From the NCBI GenBank assembly GCA_013239625.1, contig MU053873.1:3702273-3766272 (forward strand): a DNA stretch of 64,000 nt, given 5' to 3'. A model generated the notes under the pieces. It saw only the letters and a program-made list of their open reading frames with translations, ran no database searches and was not told where the DNA came from. Shown here piece by piece: positions 53,048 through 64,000 of this stretch (position 1 is its first letter; each line of letters begins with the position of its first letter). Origin of the DNA: Lama guanicoe (lineage: Eukaryota). A program made the position numbers and the translations under genes.

Positions 53048-53136
53048 TCACTTGTTCTCAATCAGGGTCTGCACCTTGTACACGAGGTCCCGGGCCAGCT
53101 TCAGGACCTGTTTGGTGTTGTGTCGCTCGGCCATTT
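53048..53136 (-). CDS. SGSM1: SGSM1 last coding exon, ending in TGA
   Basis: ccttccattctttcag|AA ATG...(E)MAERHNTKQVLKLARDLVYKVQTLIENK*; matches the SGSM1 C-terminus as recalled. Confidence 0.95.
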
Positions 53137-53637
53137 CTGAAAGAATGGAAGGCAAAAATCTCATGAGCCTCCTTCTGTGTTCATCTTGAGGCCATACCTC
53201 CAGCGCCCAGAGGGGTCTCTGGGACATCCCCCTCATCATCGTCTGGCACCATCCCCAGAGCAGCTCTTGGGGAAGGCCTGCATCTCCAGACCTCAGTTTC
53301 CTCATCTGTGAAATGGGAATCATTAACCGGACCTACTTTTACAAGGTCACTGAGAGATAAAATGAGATGAAGTTGGCTCACAGTGTGTGTTTAAAACAAT
53401 GTTAGGACCTCCCACCCCGACTCCTACAAACACAATGACTGGGAACCTGTTAAGAAAGCAAGGCCAGGCACATGGTAGGCGCTTAAAAGTATAGAAGGAT
53501 GGGCTCAACAGAAGGAGAGGGGAGGGAAGGGGAGAAAACACAAACAATCACTTTGTCCAGAGGGACACAAATCGATCAGAATAATCCCACACTTAGACGT
53601 TGATCATAAATCATTTAGGAAAAAAAAGGCACTTAGA

Positions 53638-54172
53638 CTGTGGTTCCTGAACTTGGGTGCCGAGGAACCCCACAGGGTTCCACTGTGAACTCGTGGAAAT
53701 TTTGAGGTAAATACAGCGATACTCTGACTCCATCAAACACCACATAAACCACTAGTACGAGCGAACTTGCAATCGCACCACCTTCCCATCCATGGCTTTA
53801 GAGCTTTCCAAAGCGAGGTTTTCAGCAAGTGCTTGCTCTGATGAAAGCAGGTACCACAGATGAAAACCACTGTGGAACAGGAAACGAAGGTGGTGGCGTC
53901 CAAGCCGATTCCGGGCTTTGAGAAGTTGTGCAAAGCCGAACAGGTGTGCACATCCATTAGCAACTGTGCTTATTTAAGTGCAAAACAAAAATACTATTTT
54001 CTTTAGGTTTATCTGTATTTTTTCTTTTCAAATGGCTACTAAGTATAACAGATAGACTTATTAAGTAGTTCGGCTCTAACTCATTACCGAATGGAACTTT
54101 TGGTCTGGGAAGCTGCAAACATTTTACAGAGACACTAGGGGAGCCGTAAACCGAGAAAGTTTGAGAATCTCT
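53638..54172. mobile_element. hAT/Charlie-like DNA transposon remnant
   Basis: Ends ctgtggttcctgaacttgggtgccg ... gggagccgtaaaccgagaaagtttgagaatc resemble Charlie termini. Confidence 0.55.
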
Positions 54173-55186
54173 TCTGTTAAGCTAGGAATTGCTTTGGGCT
54201 CTCAAACCACATCCTCAAACCGAAAGCAACCCAGATGCCCAACCATAAGGGATGGTTCATAAGTTACAGAGAGTCACTTGAGGTTTATTCTGCCATCTTT
54301 AACAATGATTATGTGGAAGATGCTTTTAAAACTATTAAGTGGGGAAAAAAAAAGAGATACAACTGGATTCTGTGATGGTAACAACATAAAAATATACATG
54401 ACCATGGGGAAGACTGGAAGGAAAAAAATTTTTTTTTTTTAATGAAACCACATGGTTTCCTGGATTGGATCCTGCGGCAGAAATAGGACATTAGTTAAAA
54501 AGCAGATGAAATAAAAAAAAATCTGTAGTTTAGTTAAAAGTAACGTATCGATGTTAATTTCTTTGTTGTCACAAATGACTAGGATCAGGTAACAAATTAA
54601 CCTTCAGGGCAGCTGGCTGAAGGGTCCTGGGAACTCTCTGTACTATGTGCAATTTTTCTGTAAATCTAGAATTATTCCAAAATAAAAAGCTTATTTAAAA
54701 AAAAAACTAACAATGTTTCCAGGGTAAGGTCACAGGTGGCTTTTTTTTCTTTTGCTTTTTCCAAAACCTTTTTTAGTTAAAGAATTTTTTAAAAATAGTG
54801 ACAAAAGTAGCAACAGCTTCTGGCGGTGGGGTCCCTCATATGAGCCAGGTACCACCTGCTGGACTTTATCCATGTGGTCTCATTTAATCCTAAGATTGCT
54901 GTGCGAAGAAAGTGTTGGTACCACTTTATCCCCAAGGAATCTGAAGCTCAGAGACATGAAGTTACTTGCCCAAGGTCACACAGCCCTTGCTTGAGTGGCA
55001 AGGTTGGGACCAGAATCTACACCTGTTTGACTTCAAAGGCTGTGCGCCTTTTTCATGCCATTTCAACTGCCCTCCTGTATCTGCTTTTCCTACACATCAA
55101 CCCTCTGAAGTAGACACTCTTACCCCCTTTCACAGATGAGGAAGCAGATACTTAGACAGAAGGGAAGTGATGTGTCATGCGGGTAC

Positions 55187-55354
55187 CATTAAAAAATTTG
55201 ATGATGTCTGTGAAATCCATGTTGTTCTCCAAGATGATGTCACGGTAGACTTCCACCAGCGCCAGCGCGATGAACAGCACGTAGTGGGCAGACGAGACGT
55301 GTCTGGCCGCCCAGATGGTCTCCCAGACGGAGAAGACATCATCGTAGAGGAGCT
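55187..55354 (-). CDS. SGSM1: SGSM1 penultimate coding exon
   Basis: cag|AG CTC...(E)[62 protein letters not shown]; 168 nt. Confidence 0.95.
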
Positions 55355-56365
55355 CTGCCAAGACACCAACACGCACACGTGCAGGGAGAGAGTCGCCCGC
55401 GGGGCTCACCGCACTGCCCTCCCTCCGGAGAAAGCCCAGGCCAGCCGCGCCCCGCGCTTCCGTCCTGGGGCAGCAGACAGCTCGGCCAGGAGGCAGGAGA
55501 CCTGGACGCTGTCATTTGACATAAGCCTCAGTTTTCCCCTTCTGTAGAACAGGCTACGCAGATCAGGGAGGTTGAATATTTCCAGCTCTGACATCTTATA
55601 AGTGGAAGCCCCTCTCTCCCTGCACCCTCCATCTCCTTTAGCACCCATGAGGGTGTCTCCCCTTTCTCCCACACACAGGCAGAGCTCACTTCTGCATCTA
55701 TCTAGTAAAGAGAACAGAGCACTGGTGAAGAGCAAGGCTCCCTATGCTCGATAAACTCAGTCTGCGTCCTGGCTCCATCACTCACTAGCAAGGTGACCTC
55801 GGGCTAGTCCCCTCCCCTCCATGAGCCTCTCTTTCCTCATGGCAATGGGAATAAAGAACTGAAGAAATGGTACGTACAAATGGCTCAGTACAGTGCCTGG
55901 CACTTAATTAACACCTCCACATAGGTTAGATATTATTATTAGCATCACCCCAAATTCACGTGATAGTAATGCAGTGTTTAGATATCGTTTCCAAGTCATG
56001 TGTGAAAGATGCTCTGTGGATTTCAGAGTTCCTGATCCCCAGTACTCAGCTTAATAGAATGAAAGGGAACTGGGTTTAGGCAGGCAGCAGGGGGCTCAGA
56101 TCCTGGCTCTACTATGCCTAGCTCTGAATTTAATTCTTCTCACCCTTCGTTTCACTCCCTGTAAAATAGGAATTGGAACACCATCTACCACAGGGCATCT
56201 CTGCATGATAAGGTAGGTGAACTGATAGGCAGAACTCAACAAACGGGTGTTACTCTCTTCCTCGGGCTTTGTTCCAACACCCCCAGCCTCACGTCCGTGG
56301 TATCTTTTCCCCTGAGGTTCTGCTACCAAGAGTCTGGGAACAAGGTCCCAGTTTGAAGTCTGTAC

Positions 56366-56462
56366 CTCGCTTGAAATCCAGCAGGAACCAGCGGTAGCAG
56401 AAGTAGAAGTGAGTGTAGTCCCCGTTCTGATGCATCAGCTCAAAGAGCTCTGAGTCCAGGAT
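56366..56462 (-). CDS. SGSM1: SGSM1 coding exon (not in the supplied ORF track)
   Basis: Translated by hand: cag|[39 protein letters not shown]; 97 nt; [13 protein letters not shown] is a TBC-domain motif. Confidence 0.95.
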
Positions 56463-56589
56463 CTGTCAGAGGAAGGCAAGAGAGGCATCCACCTTCTGGG
56501 AAAAGGCTGGACCAGAGGGAACAGCTGGATAAACGGAGCTGTATCCCCAGCCCGGACAACACGCAGCCCTTAACAACCAGGTGGGGTTT

Positions 56590-57350
56590 AAAAGTGGGCA
56601 AAAGGATTTGAAGTGCAAATCAACCGAGCTCAACCTGACCCAGTCATTTCTCTAAAGATAAGCAAATAGCCAATTAGCACATGAGAGAGGCCGACAGTCG
56701 TTAGTGATGAAGCAAATGAAACCAAAACCGTAGTGAGGTACCACTCCACATCCAGTCGGATGGCTATGATAAACATGGCAAAGTGCTTGTGAGGAAGTAG
56801 AGAGACTGAAGCTCCTGTACGTGGCGGGTGGGAAGGTAAAATGGTGCAGCTGCAATTCCACCCCTCGGTGTAGCCCTAAGGGAAGTGAAAACCTATGGCC
56901 ACGTAAAAACTTGCACATGAATGTGCACCACAGCATTACTCAGAGCAAAGTGGAAACAACCCAAATGTCCACCTACAGATGAACGGACAAACAAAATGGG
57001 GTCTATCCAGGCAACGGAGTATTTGGCAATAAAAACGAATGATGTGCTGATACGAGGTACAACGTGGATGGACCTGGAAAACATGATGCTACGTGAAAGA
57101 CTCAAAAGGCCACGTGTGGTGTGACTCCATCTATATGACATGTCCAGAATAGGGAAATCTACAGAGCAGAAAGTAGATTAGGGGTTGCCAGGGCTCAGGA
57201 GAGCAAATGAGTGTGGGGTTTCTTTTTGGAGTGTTGAAAATGTTCTGAAATTAGTGATAATGATTTCACAACTGTGAATATTCCAAAAGCCAGTGAATTG
57301 ACCATTATGAAGGGGTGAATTTTATGGTATGTGAATTTGCCTCCATAAAG
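56590..57350 (+). mobile_element. L1MB-like 3' fragment
   Basis: aagtgggcaaaaggatttgaa, tggaaacaacccaaatgtcca, ggatggacctggaaaacatgatgct, ggggtttctttttggagtg. Confidence 0.8.
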
Positions 57351-57353
57351 CTC

Positions 57354-57392
57354 TGTGTGTGTGTGTGTGTGTGTGTGACAGAGAGAGAGAGA
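57354..57392. repeat. Compound (TG)n(AG)n microsatellite
   Basis: tgtg...tgacagagagagaga at an L1 3' end. Confidence 0.9.
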
Positions 57393-57733
57393 AATATACT
57401 CAAACATTTCTTTGCAGAAAAGGACCAATACAATCAAACATCCTGTTAAGGGTGAGGGTCATGTCTTGCTCATCATGGTAGGCACACTGTCTGGACCAAG
57501 TAAATGCTCACTGAGAATGAATCTAGTGGAGTGGACTTGAGTTGCTGAGTGAAGCTTGAGATGAATTGAGTTTTTTAGTTTCACTCAACTGGGCTGAGTT
57601 GGGTTGAACTGAGTTGAGTTAAGTAGGATTGAGTTACTGAGTCAAGGTAAACTAGGTATGGCCATTAAGCTGACTTGAGGTCCACTGGGCAGACCTGGAG
57701 TAAGTTACATTATTGAATCGGACAAGGTCATAC

Positions 57734-57843
57734 CTGGATTAGCGACCTCATGTTGGCAAAGTGTGTGTCCATGGCGCCTCCGTGGGGGAAGTTCTGGTTC
57801 ATCCTCTTCATGAGCTCCGTGAAGCAGCTGAAGGCGAGGGCCT
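57734..57843 (-). CDS. SGSM1: SGSM1 coding exon
   Basis: cag|AG GCC...(E)[42 protein letters not shown]; 110 nt. Confidence 0.95.
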
Positions 57844-58027
57844 CTGGGGAAAGAGCGCAGGAGAAACAGTCAACTCTGCCACTGCCCAAGGGACCGGAGG
57901 TCCCAAAGTGATGGGCGGAGGCCCCGGCCTGGTTCACGAAGTCCACAGCCAAATGAGAAACATACGGACAATGGCGTTCCCGTGTATACCATTTCAGGGA
58001 ATGCACTCCAGTCTTCAGTTAATCACA

Positions 58028-58160
58028 GAGGGATGGGATATAGCTCAGTAGTAAAGGGCGTGCTTAGCATGCACGAGGTCCTTGGTTCAATCTCCAGCTT
58101 CTCCGTTAAAAATAAATAAATATAAATAAATAAACCTAATTCTCTCCTCCCTAAAAAAAG
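58028..58160 (+). mobile_element. tRNA-derived SINE
   Basis: tatagctcagtagtaaagggcgtgcttagcatgcacgaggtccttggttcaatctcc plus aataaataaacctaatt tail. Confidence 0.85.
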
Positions 58161-58689
58161 TAATAAAGTCAACAAAAATTAAAAAAACCCTGCTCTTGGG
58201 AACACACTCTTGAAGAAAAAAATAATTAATTACAGATTTCCTACCTTAGACATATTGAAATATCTTTTCTTTTAGGAAACAATGGTGACAGCAAATGCTC
58301 GGTTTAAAAGATCCCTGTTTGCTATAATAAAAATTTGACAATGTTTGATCTCAAACTTAAAAAAAAAAATTCTACAGAGTTCATGGAAATTCTTAAGTCT
58401 GGGAACCACTGTATTAAAATAGCAGTTGTGAATATTGGAAGGGTGTTTGTAAGCATTATGCCAAGAAAGGGTCAAATAACACTGGGAAATGCTGCGAAGG
58501 GAGCCACTGCATATATTCATTTAAAAAAGGCTCTGAGAAGTCCTGTAATTAAAAAAAATCTGTTCTATATTGTTCAACTCTGTTTAAAGAATTTATTTAA
58601 AAACAGTATCTTTTTTTTTTTTACTGTTAGCACCTACCAACTTTGGGGAAGGTCATGGGAAGGTTTCCCAAGGCACAGTAGAATCTCAT

Positions 58690-59870
58690 TTATTTATTTT
58701 TTAAAATGTTATTTTTCAGAACAGGTTAGATACACAGAAAAATTGAGATGAGAACAGAGAGGGTTTCCATATGCCCCCCACCCAGGTTCCCCCATTACTA
58801 ACATAATCCAATAGTACATGCATGTGTTACAATTAATGACACACGATGATGCGTTATTAACTCAAGTCCATGGTTTTGTTTTTTTTTTTTTTACACCTAC
58901 TGTCCTTTTTCTGTTCCAAGTACCCATCCAAGGTCTACATGACATACAGTGGTCATGTCTCCTCAGGCCCCTCTTGGCCATGGAGCTGTCTCACATTTTT
59001 CCTTTTTCTGATGACCTTGACAGTTGTGAAGCGTACTCATCAGGTATTCTACGGGGACTCCCTACTGGAATGCGTCTGACGCTTTTCTCACAATAAGACT
59101 GGAATTATGGGTTATTAGGAGAAAGACCACGTAGGGAACATGCCATGTTAGCCACACCATATTAAGGGAATACGGGATCAGCATGAACGGCGGTCTTGGT
59201 CACCCAGGTGAAGGCAACGTTTTCAGGGTTTTCTCCACTGTATAGTTTCTCTCTCATCTTCCACCTCTTTCTACACAGAACTTTTTGGAAGGAAGTCACT
59301 ATGCTCAGTCCTAAAGAGGAGCGAGTTACGCTCCCCATTTTTAAACAGCCTTACTGAGGTTTACGTACCATAAAATTCACCCTTTCAAGAGTGTAATTCA
59401 GTGGCTTCAGTATATTCACAGCTGTGAACCCTCATCCCTAATTTCAGAACATTTTCACCACCCCCCAAAGACACCCTATATACATCGACAGTCATCACCC
59501 ATTTCCCTCTCCCCCCTGTTTTTGTCAACCACTAATCTATTTTCTGTCTCTATAGATTTGCCTCTTCTGGACATTTCATACAAATGAAATCATATAATAT
59601 GGGGTCTTTGGTCAACAATTGTTGAAGGTTTTTGCCTTTTATTTCATGAAGTATATTGGCCTGTCGTTTTCTTGTGATGTTTTTGTCTGGTATTGGTATC
59701 GGGGTACCAGTGAGGCCTCAGGTAAGAACTGGCCTCATAAAATGAGTTGGGAAGTGTTCCCTCCTGTTCTGTTTTTGGGAAGAGTTTGTGAAGTAATGGT
59801 ATTCACTCTTCTTTAAGCATTTGGTAGAATTCACCAGTGAAGCCATCTGGGTCTGGGTTTCCCTTTGTTC
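58690..59870 (-). mobile_element. Cluster of antisense L1M fragments
   Basis: atttgcctcttctggacatttcatacaaatg, ctggcctcataaaatgagttgggaagtgttccctc, ttggtagaattcaccagtgaagccatctggg. Confidence 0.75.
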
Positions 59871-60116
59871 TCATTCATGTTTATACAATCAGTGACCAGC
59901 AAAAGCCTGGCTGGGTGTTGGACACCTGCAAGTAAGTGGCCAACACGGAACAAGAGGACTTTTCACTTCACTAGAACCTTGGTATGTTTACTTGACAGGT
60001 CTCCTGAGCACCTGCGCTGACCCATTCCATAGAGTCACAAAGCAGAGTTAATCCTTCTTCTCTGTAGTGAGAAGGAAGCTGCATCCTGAGTCCTGGGGTG
60101 GGGAGGATACACTCAC

Positions 60117-60199
60117 CATCATCCAGAATGACCAGCAGTGGAGCCAGGAGGTCACACATACCCTGGACATAGCCGATCTCAATGTGCTGCCAGATGTAG
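60117..60199 (-). CDS. SGSM1: SGSM1 coding exon (glutamine-finger YxQ motif)
   Basis: tag|C TAC...[34 protein letters not shown]; 83 nt; phase matches both neighbours. Confidence 0.95.
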
Positions 60200-61160
60200 C
60201 TACAAGAGAGACACATGATGCCCGTCATGGCACCCACAATCTGCCTGTCTGACCCACTCCTCCTTTACCTCCACCCTGGTTTGGTTCCCCCATCTCTTAC
60301 CTGGACCACTCCCTCAACCTCTTGCCTGCATCCCCATCCCCAGTCTCGCTCTCTTCAAGCATCCTGTGCTCAGTCACCAGGATGACCTTCCTAAAGCTCA
60401 GCTCAAGGAGCCCACTGCATGCTCAAAAACCTTCACAGGCTCCCCACTGTGTCACAGGATAATGTCTTAACTCCTTTGCTGGGGGTGCAAGGTGTTCATA
60501 GTTTCCTCCCAATCCATCTTCACAGTCTCACCCGTCACTTCCCAGGACTTCCTCCCTTCCAGCCACACTGAGGGATTTACCTTTGTACAAATAAAGCACA
60601 CATTCATGCCTCTGTGCTTTTGTCCCAGCAGTTCCCTCTGTCTGGAATTCCCATCTGCCTGTTAATAATAACAACTAATATTTACTGAGCATTTACTGTA
60701 TGCTCAGTCCGCTATACATGTATTGCATCATTCAATTCTCAAAATAACCATATGAAAAAGTTACCATTGTCATCCCATTTCACAGAGAAGGAGAATGAGG
60801 CACAGAGAGTTAACCAAGTCGTTAACCTAATAATAAACGGTTGAGACAGGATTTGAACCCTGGTGGCCTCATTCCAGTGTATGTGCTCTTAACTTCGATG
60901 CTAAATGATTTCTTCAGTGTCTCCTCATTCCCCCGAAATCCATTTTGACTCACCACCTCTATGAGGCCTTCCACGATTTCTCCTGGGGCCACAATGAGGT
61001 AAAAGTCAGTCTATCCTTCCTTCTCCTTCAGCACTTTTTAATGGTAAGGTAGCATACTATGTTAAAGTTAATTACATTTGTTATTTCCTCAACTAAATTT
61101 TAAGTGGCAGTAACTGCTTGGGAGACTATAGAGCAGAATAGTTAAGAGGTGGTGTTTATT

Positions 61161-61313
61161 GGGGGAGGTATAGCTCAAGTGGCAGAGCACATGCTTAGCA
61201 AGCATGAGGTCCCAGGTTCAATCCCCAGCACCTCCTCTAAAAATAGTAAATAAATAAATAAACCTAATTACCTCCCCCACCGAAAAAAAAAAAAAAGAAA
61301 GAAAGAAAAAATA
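61161..61313 (+). mobile_element. Full-length tRNA-derived SINE with a perfect 17-bp TSD
   Basis: AAGAGGTGGTGTTTATT at both 61144-61160 and 61314-61330; intact A/B boxes and long A-rich tail. Confidence 0.92.
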
Positions 61314-61348
61314 AAGAGGTGGTGTTTATTAATAAAAATGAGTTGGAG

Positions 61349-61560
61349 CAGGGTATGTCAAACCTTTTCTAAGCGGTCCAGATAACAATTATTTTTCAGC
61401 TTTGTAGGCCATAGGTTCTCTGTCTCAGTTAGTTAACTCTGCAGAAGCTATCACAGATAATATGTAAATATGGCCAGGGCTGAGTTCTAAAAAGACTTTA
61501 TTTACAAAAGCAAGTGGTAGGCCGCATTTGGCCCATGGGCTATTGTAGCAGTTTGCATCC
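61349..61560 (+). mobile_element. MER58-like hAT MITE
   Basis: caaaccttttct...ccagataacaattattttt...ctttgtaggccata...actttatttacaaaagcaagtggtaggcc...tttggccc. Confidence 0.75.
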
Positions 61561-61619
61561 AGGACATATAGTCGAGTGTAAAAAGCAAGTTGTAGAAAAA
61601 TAGTTTATAGTATAATCCT

Positions 61620-61985
61620 ATATAGGTAAAAATTTTTTAAAAATTAAAATACATGTGCATTCATATTATCCTATGCTATATATTACACAGTATAACTATA
61701 TATTATGTAGTAAAATTATATGCTATATGTTTATAATTATATACTATATATAAAGTAAATTTTATACTATATATTATATAGCATAATATAGTACATTAAG
61801 TATTAATATTTAAAGAAATATTAATATATAACATGTCTATTCATATACTACATATTCTGTAGAATTATATAATATATTTATCTAATGATATAATATATAA
61901 AGCATAGTTATATACTGTATATAATATAGTATAATACATATTATTTAATATAGTATCTATTGTATATGTATATATATCATATATA
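61620..61985. repeat. Degenerate (TA)-rich low-complexity tract
   Basis: About 360 bp almost entirely A/T with tatata/atatta units. Confidence 0.85.
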
Positions 61986-62596
61986 CGGCTCGGGAGGATA
62001 TCACTAAATTGTTAGCAGCAATTCTAGGTGAGTGGCACTGATGACTGGATGTGGATGGAGAAGTTCCCCTTTACACCTTATGAACGTCTGATTTCCTTAG
62101 TTGACTCAGGTTTTTACTAAGCATGGGTTCCTTCCATATTTTAAGAAATAAAAGTTAATATTTAATGAAAAGTAATAAGTAGCTCCAGATCTTTGCTTAG
62201 AGAAATACAGCACAGATTCTAGAGCCCAAGAGAGAGAGGGGTCCTTGTTCAGCCACTGCCCCCCCGGGGGACGTGGAGCAAGGTGGTACCCCCCGAGCCT
62301 CCATGTCCTCACCTGTAAAAGGGGATAACACTTCATAGGCTTGTTCTGGGGATCGACTGAAACGATGTTAGTGAAGGGCTCCAGATAGTGCCTGATATAC
62401 AGCAGGCGCTTAATAAGTGTTCTCTCTGATTATCATGACTGTGATTGTTACACTGTTGTCAGGGTAGGCTGGAATAAGATTTGAGCTGGGCATGGTGCCA
62501 GCCACAGAGAGTGTGGTTCTAACTGGGCTCCCTGTAGCCCGCCCCTCTGCCACCCCTTCCGGACCCCCTACGGCTCCATCCCCGCGCCCCAGCCAC

Positions 62597-62721
62597 CTGC
62601 ACATGATGTTCCGTAGCTTCTCCAGGTTGGCGGGCGTGAAGTACCAGTAGTTGCGGTCACACCTCTGCACGTCCTTCTCAATGCGGTGCAGGTTCACCGT
62701 GTACAGGTCCAGCAGCTCCGG
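62597..62721 (-). CDS. SGSM1: SGSM1 coding exon (TBC domain, arginine-finger IxxDxxR motif)
   Basis: Minus strand cag|CCG...[49 protein letters not shown]; 125 nt; IEKDVQR catalytic motif. Confidence 0.95.
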
Positions 62722-63948
62722 CTGCACACCCGCAGGTGAAGAGGAAAAGAACATTACACCCCAACGGTGTAATCCTCCAGACAGTCTCTCTCTTCCTCCT
62801 AACCCTATCCTGCTGTCAATGAAAAAAACCTTCCTCTACCTCGAGCAGTCAGGCCTTTGACTTTGTTGTTTCCCAAGAAAGCCTCTTTCACTTTGTATGA
62901 GAAAAATTCTTTTTCTTTCTTTCCTTTATAAAACAAAACAGTCCTATGAGGTGCATGGAATTATTACCCCCATTTTACAGATGAAGAAACAAGAAGAGAG
63001 TTACAGCTGTAGCTGGAGGCGCATCCCTCCCCACTGAAAACTGAGTAAGAAGAGTGGGAGACTTGAACAGAAGCCCAGCTCTGGCAATTGCTGGGCCTGA
63101 TGCCCTGACCCGACAATCCTGATGAAACGGTTCAAAGAATGCTATTGCAAGGAAAAAAGAAACACTTAAAAGGTCAAAAGTTAACCCCGCAAGGCAAGAA
63201 AATTCCAAAGCTGGCTTTTGCCTTGAGGGACGCTGCCAGTCAGGGAAAATTTAAGCCTGGGCTTTACAGTGTTGTGGTTTCTCCCGGGTAAGAAATCTAA
63301 GAGACCTCCCCACTTCAAGGAAGGACCTCCACAAAGCCACGCCCCAGTAAGAGAAAAGCAGAAAAAAACCTACCAGCATCGTGGGGTCTCAAGGACAACT
63401 GTCTATCTTAAACATAGGTGCCAAATTAAGCATATAAGATACCTCCCTGAATAATTAACAGCCTCAAATCAGGCTTGTAACTTATGCGTAACTCAAATTC
63501 TCACCACGTGGGTGATCTGGAAGAGCAGAGAATTTAGATGAAAGTGTCCTCAGGTTGGTATTCCCCTGAGCACAAGGAAGAAGAAAAAGCAAATCGTCTC
63601 TCGAGGAATCCACCTTCCACCCAGGCCTCAAATAATGCAACAGAAGAAGTTCTAAGCAATCTGAGCTCATGTTCAAAAATCATAAAACACCCAGAGAAAA
63701 AAAAGGCACCATGAGTGACAGCCAGCATATACACCAGATAGTCGAATCAGACCCAGGAGGGCTTCAGGTATTAGAATGATCAGGAACAGAATATAAAATA
63801 AGTATGTCTAACATTTTAAAAGAAATTTTAAAAAGAGATGAAAAATAATAATAGAGTGCAAGAGACTAAAATAATCAAGCATATTTTATAGCAGATGTGC
63901 AAATAAGCCAGATAAAACTTTAAAAAAGCAGATCAAAAAGTCACTAGA

Positions 63949-64000
63949 GGGAGAAGGTATAGCTCAAGTGGTAGAGTGCATGTTTAGCATGCACGAGGTC
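63949..64000 (+). mobile_element. tRNA-derived SINE head, truncated by the window edge
   Basis: ggtatagctcaagtggtagagtgcatgtttagcatgcacgaggtc. Confidence 0.85.

Noticed and set aside
55167..55547. Plus-strand ORFs antisense to SGSM1 exons (also 57761, 60067, 62651)
   Set aside because: Shadow ORFs produced by the codon structure of the real minus-strand exons.
61161..61240. tRNA-like sequences (also at 568, 13080, 13300, 20130, 35870, 58030, 63949)
   Set aside because: They are SINE heads: shared non-tRNA tail, A-rich ends, TSDs and variable decay. Not tRNA genes.

Overview
Mammalian genomic DNA, most likely a camelid: about ten copies of a tRNA-derived SINE resemble the camelid Vic-1 type, on a background of MIR, L2, L1M, MLT and MER repeats. 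The window is the KIAA1671 / LHFPL7 (TMEM211) / SGSM1 locus. Positions 1-32.4 kb have no credible coding exons and are interpreted, from synteny alone, as the long first intron of KIAA1671 (minus strand), starting in a CpG island at about 31.3-33.1 kb. LHFPL7/TMEM211 is complete on the plus strand, with three coding exons (41837-45730) giving 200 aa. The last six coding exons of SGSM1 (C-terminal TBC Rab-GAP domain) lie on the minus strand at 53048-62721, convergent with LHFPL7. No prokaryotic-type system is present, and most entries in the ORF track are spurious. The most interesting unexplained signals are non-coding: a dense one-sided RGATCY cluster just downstream of the putative KIAA1671 first exon; a candidate cryptic exon whose donor has a perfect 17-nt antisense partner 2.35 kb away; an RFX X-box-like motif at a possibly bidirectional promoter; unusual poly(A)-signal arrangements for both genes; and a hairpin-forming, CpG-retaining MER2-like element. 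Repeat subfamily names come from visual recognition and are tentative.
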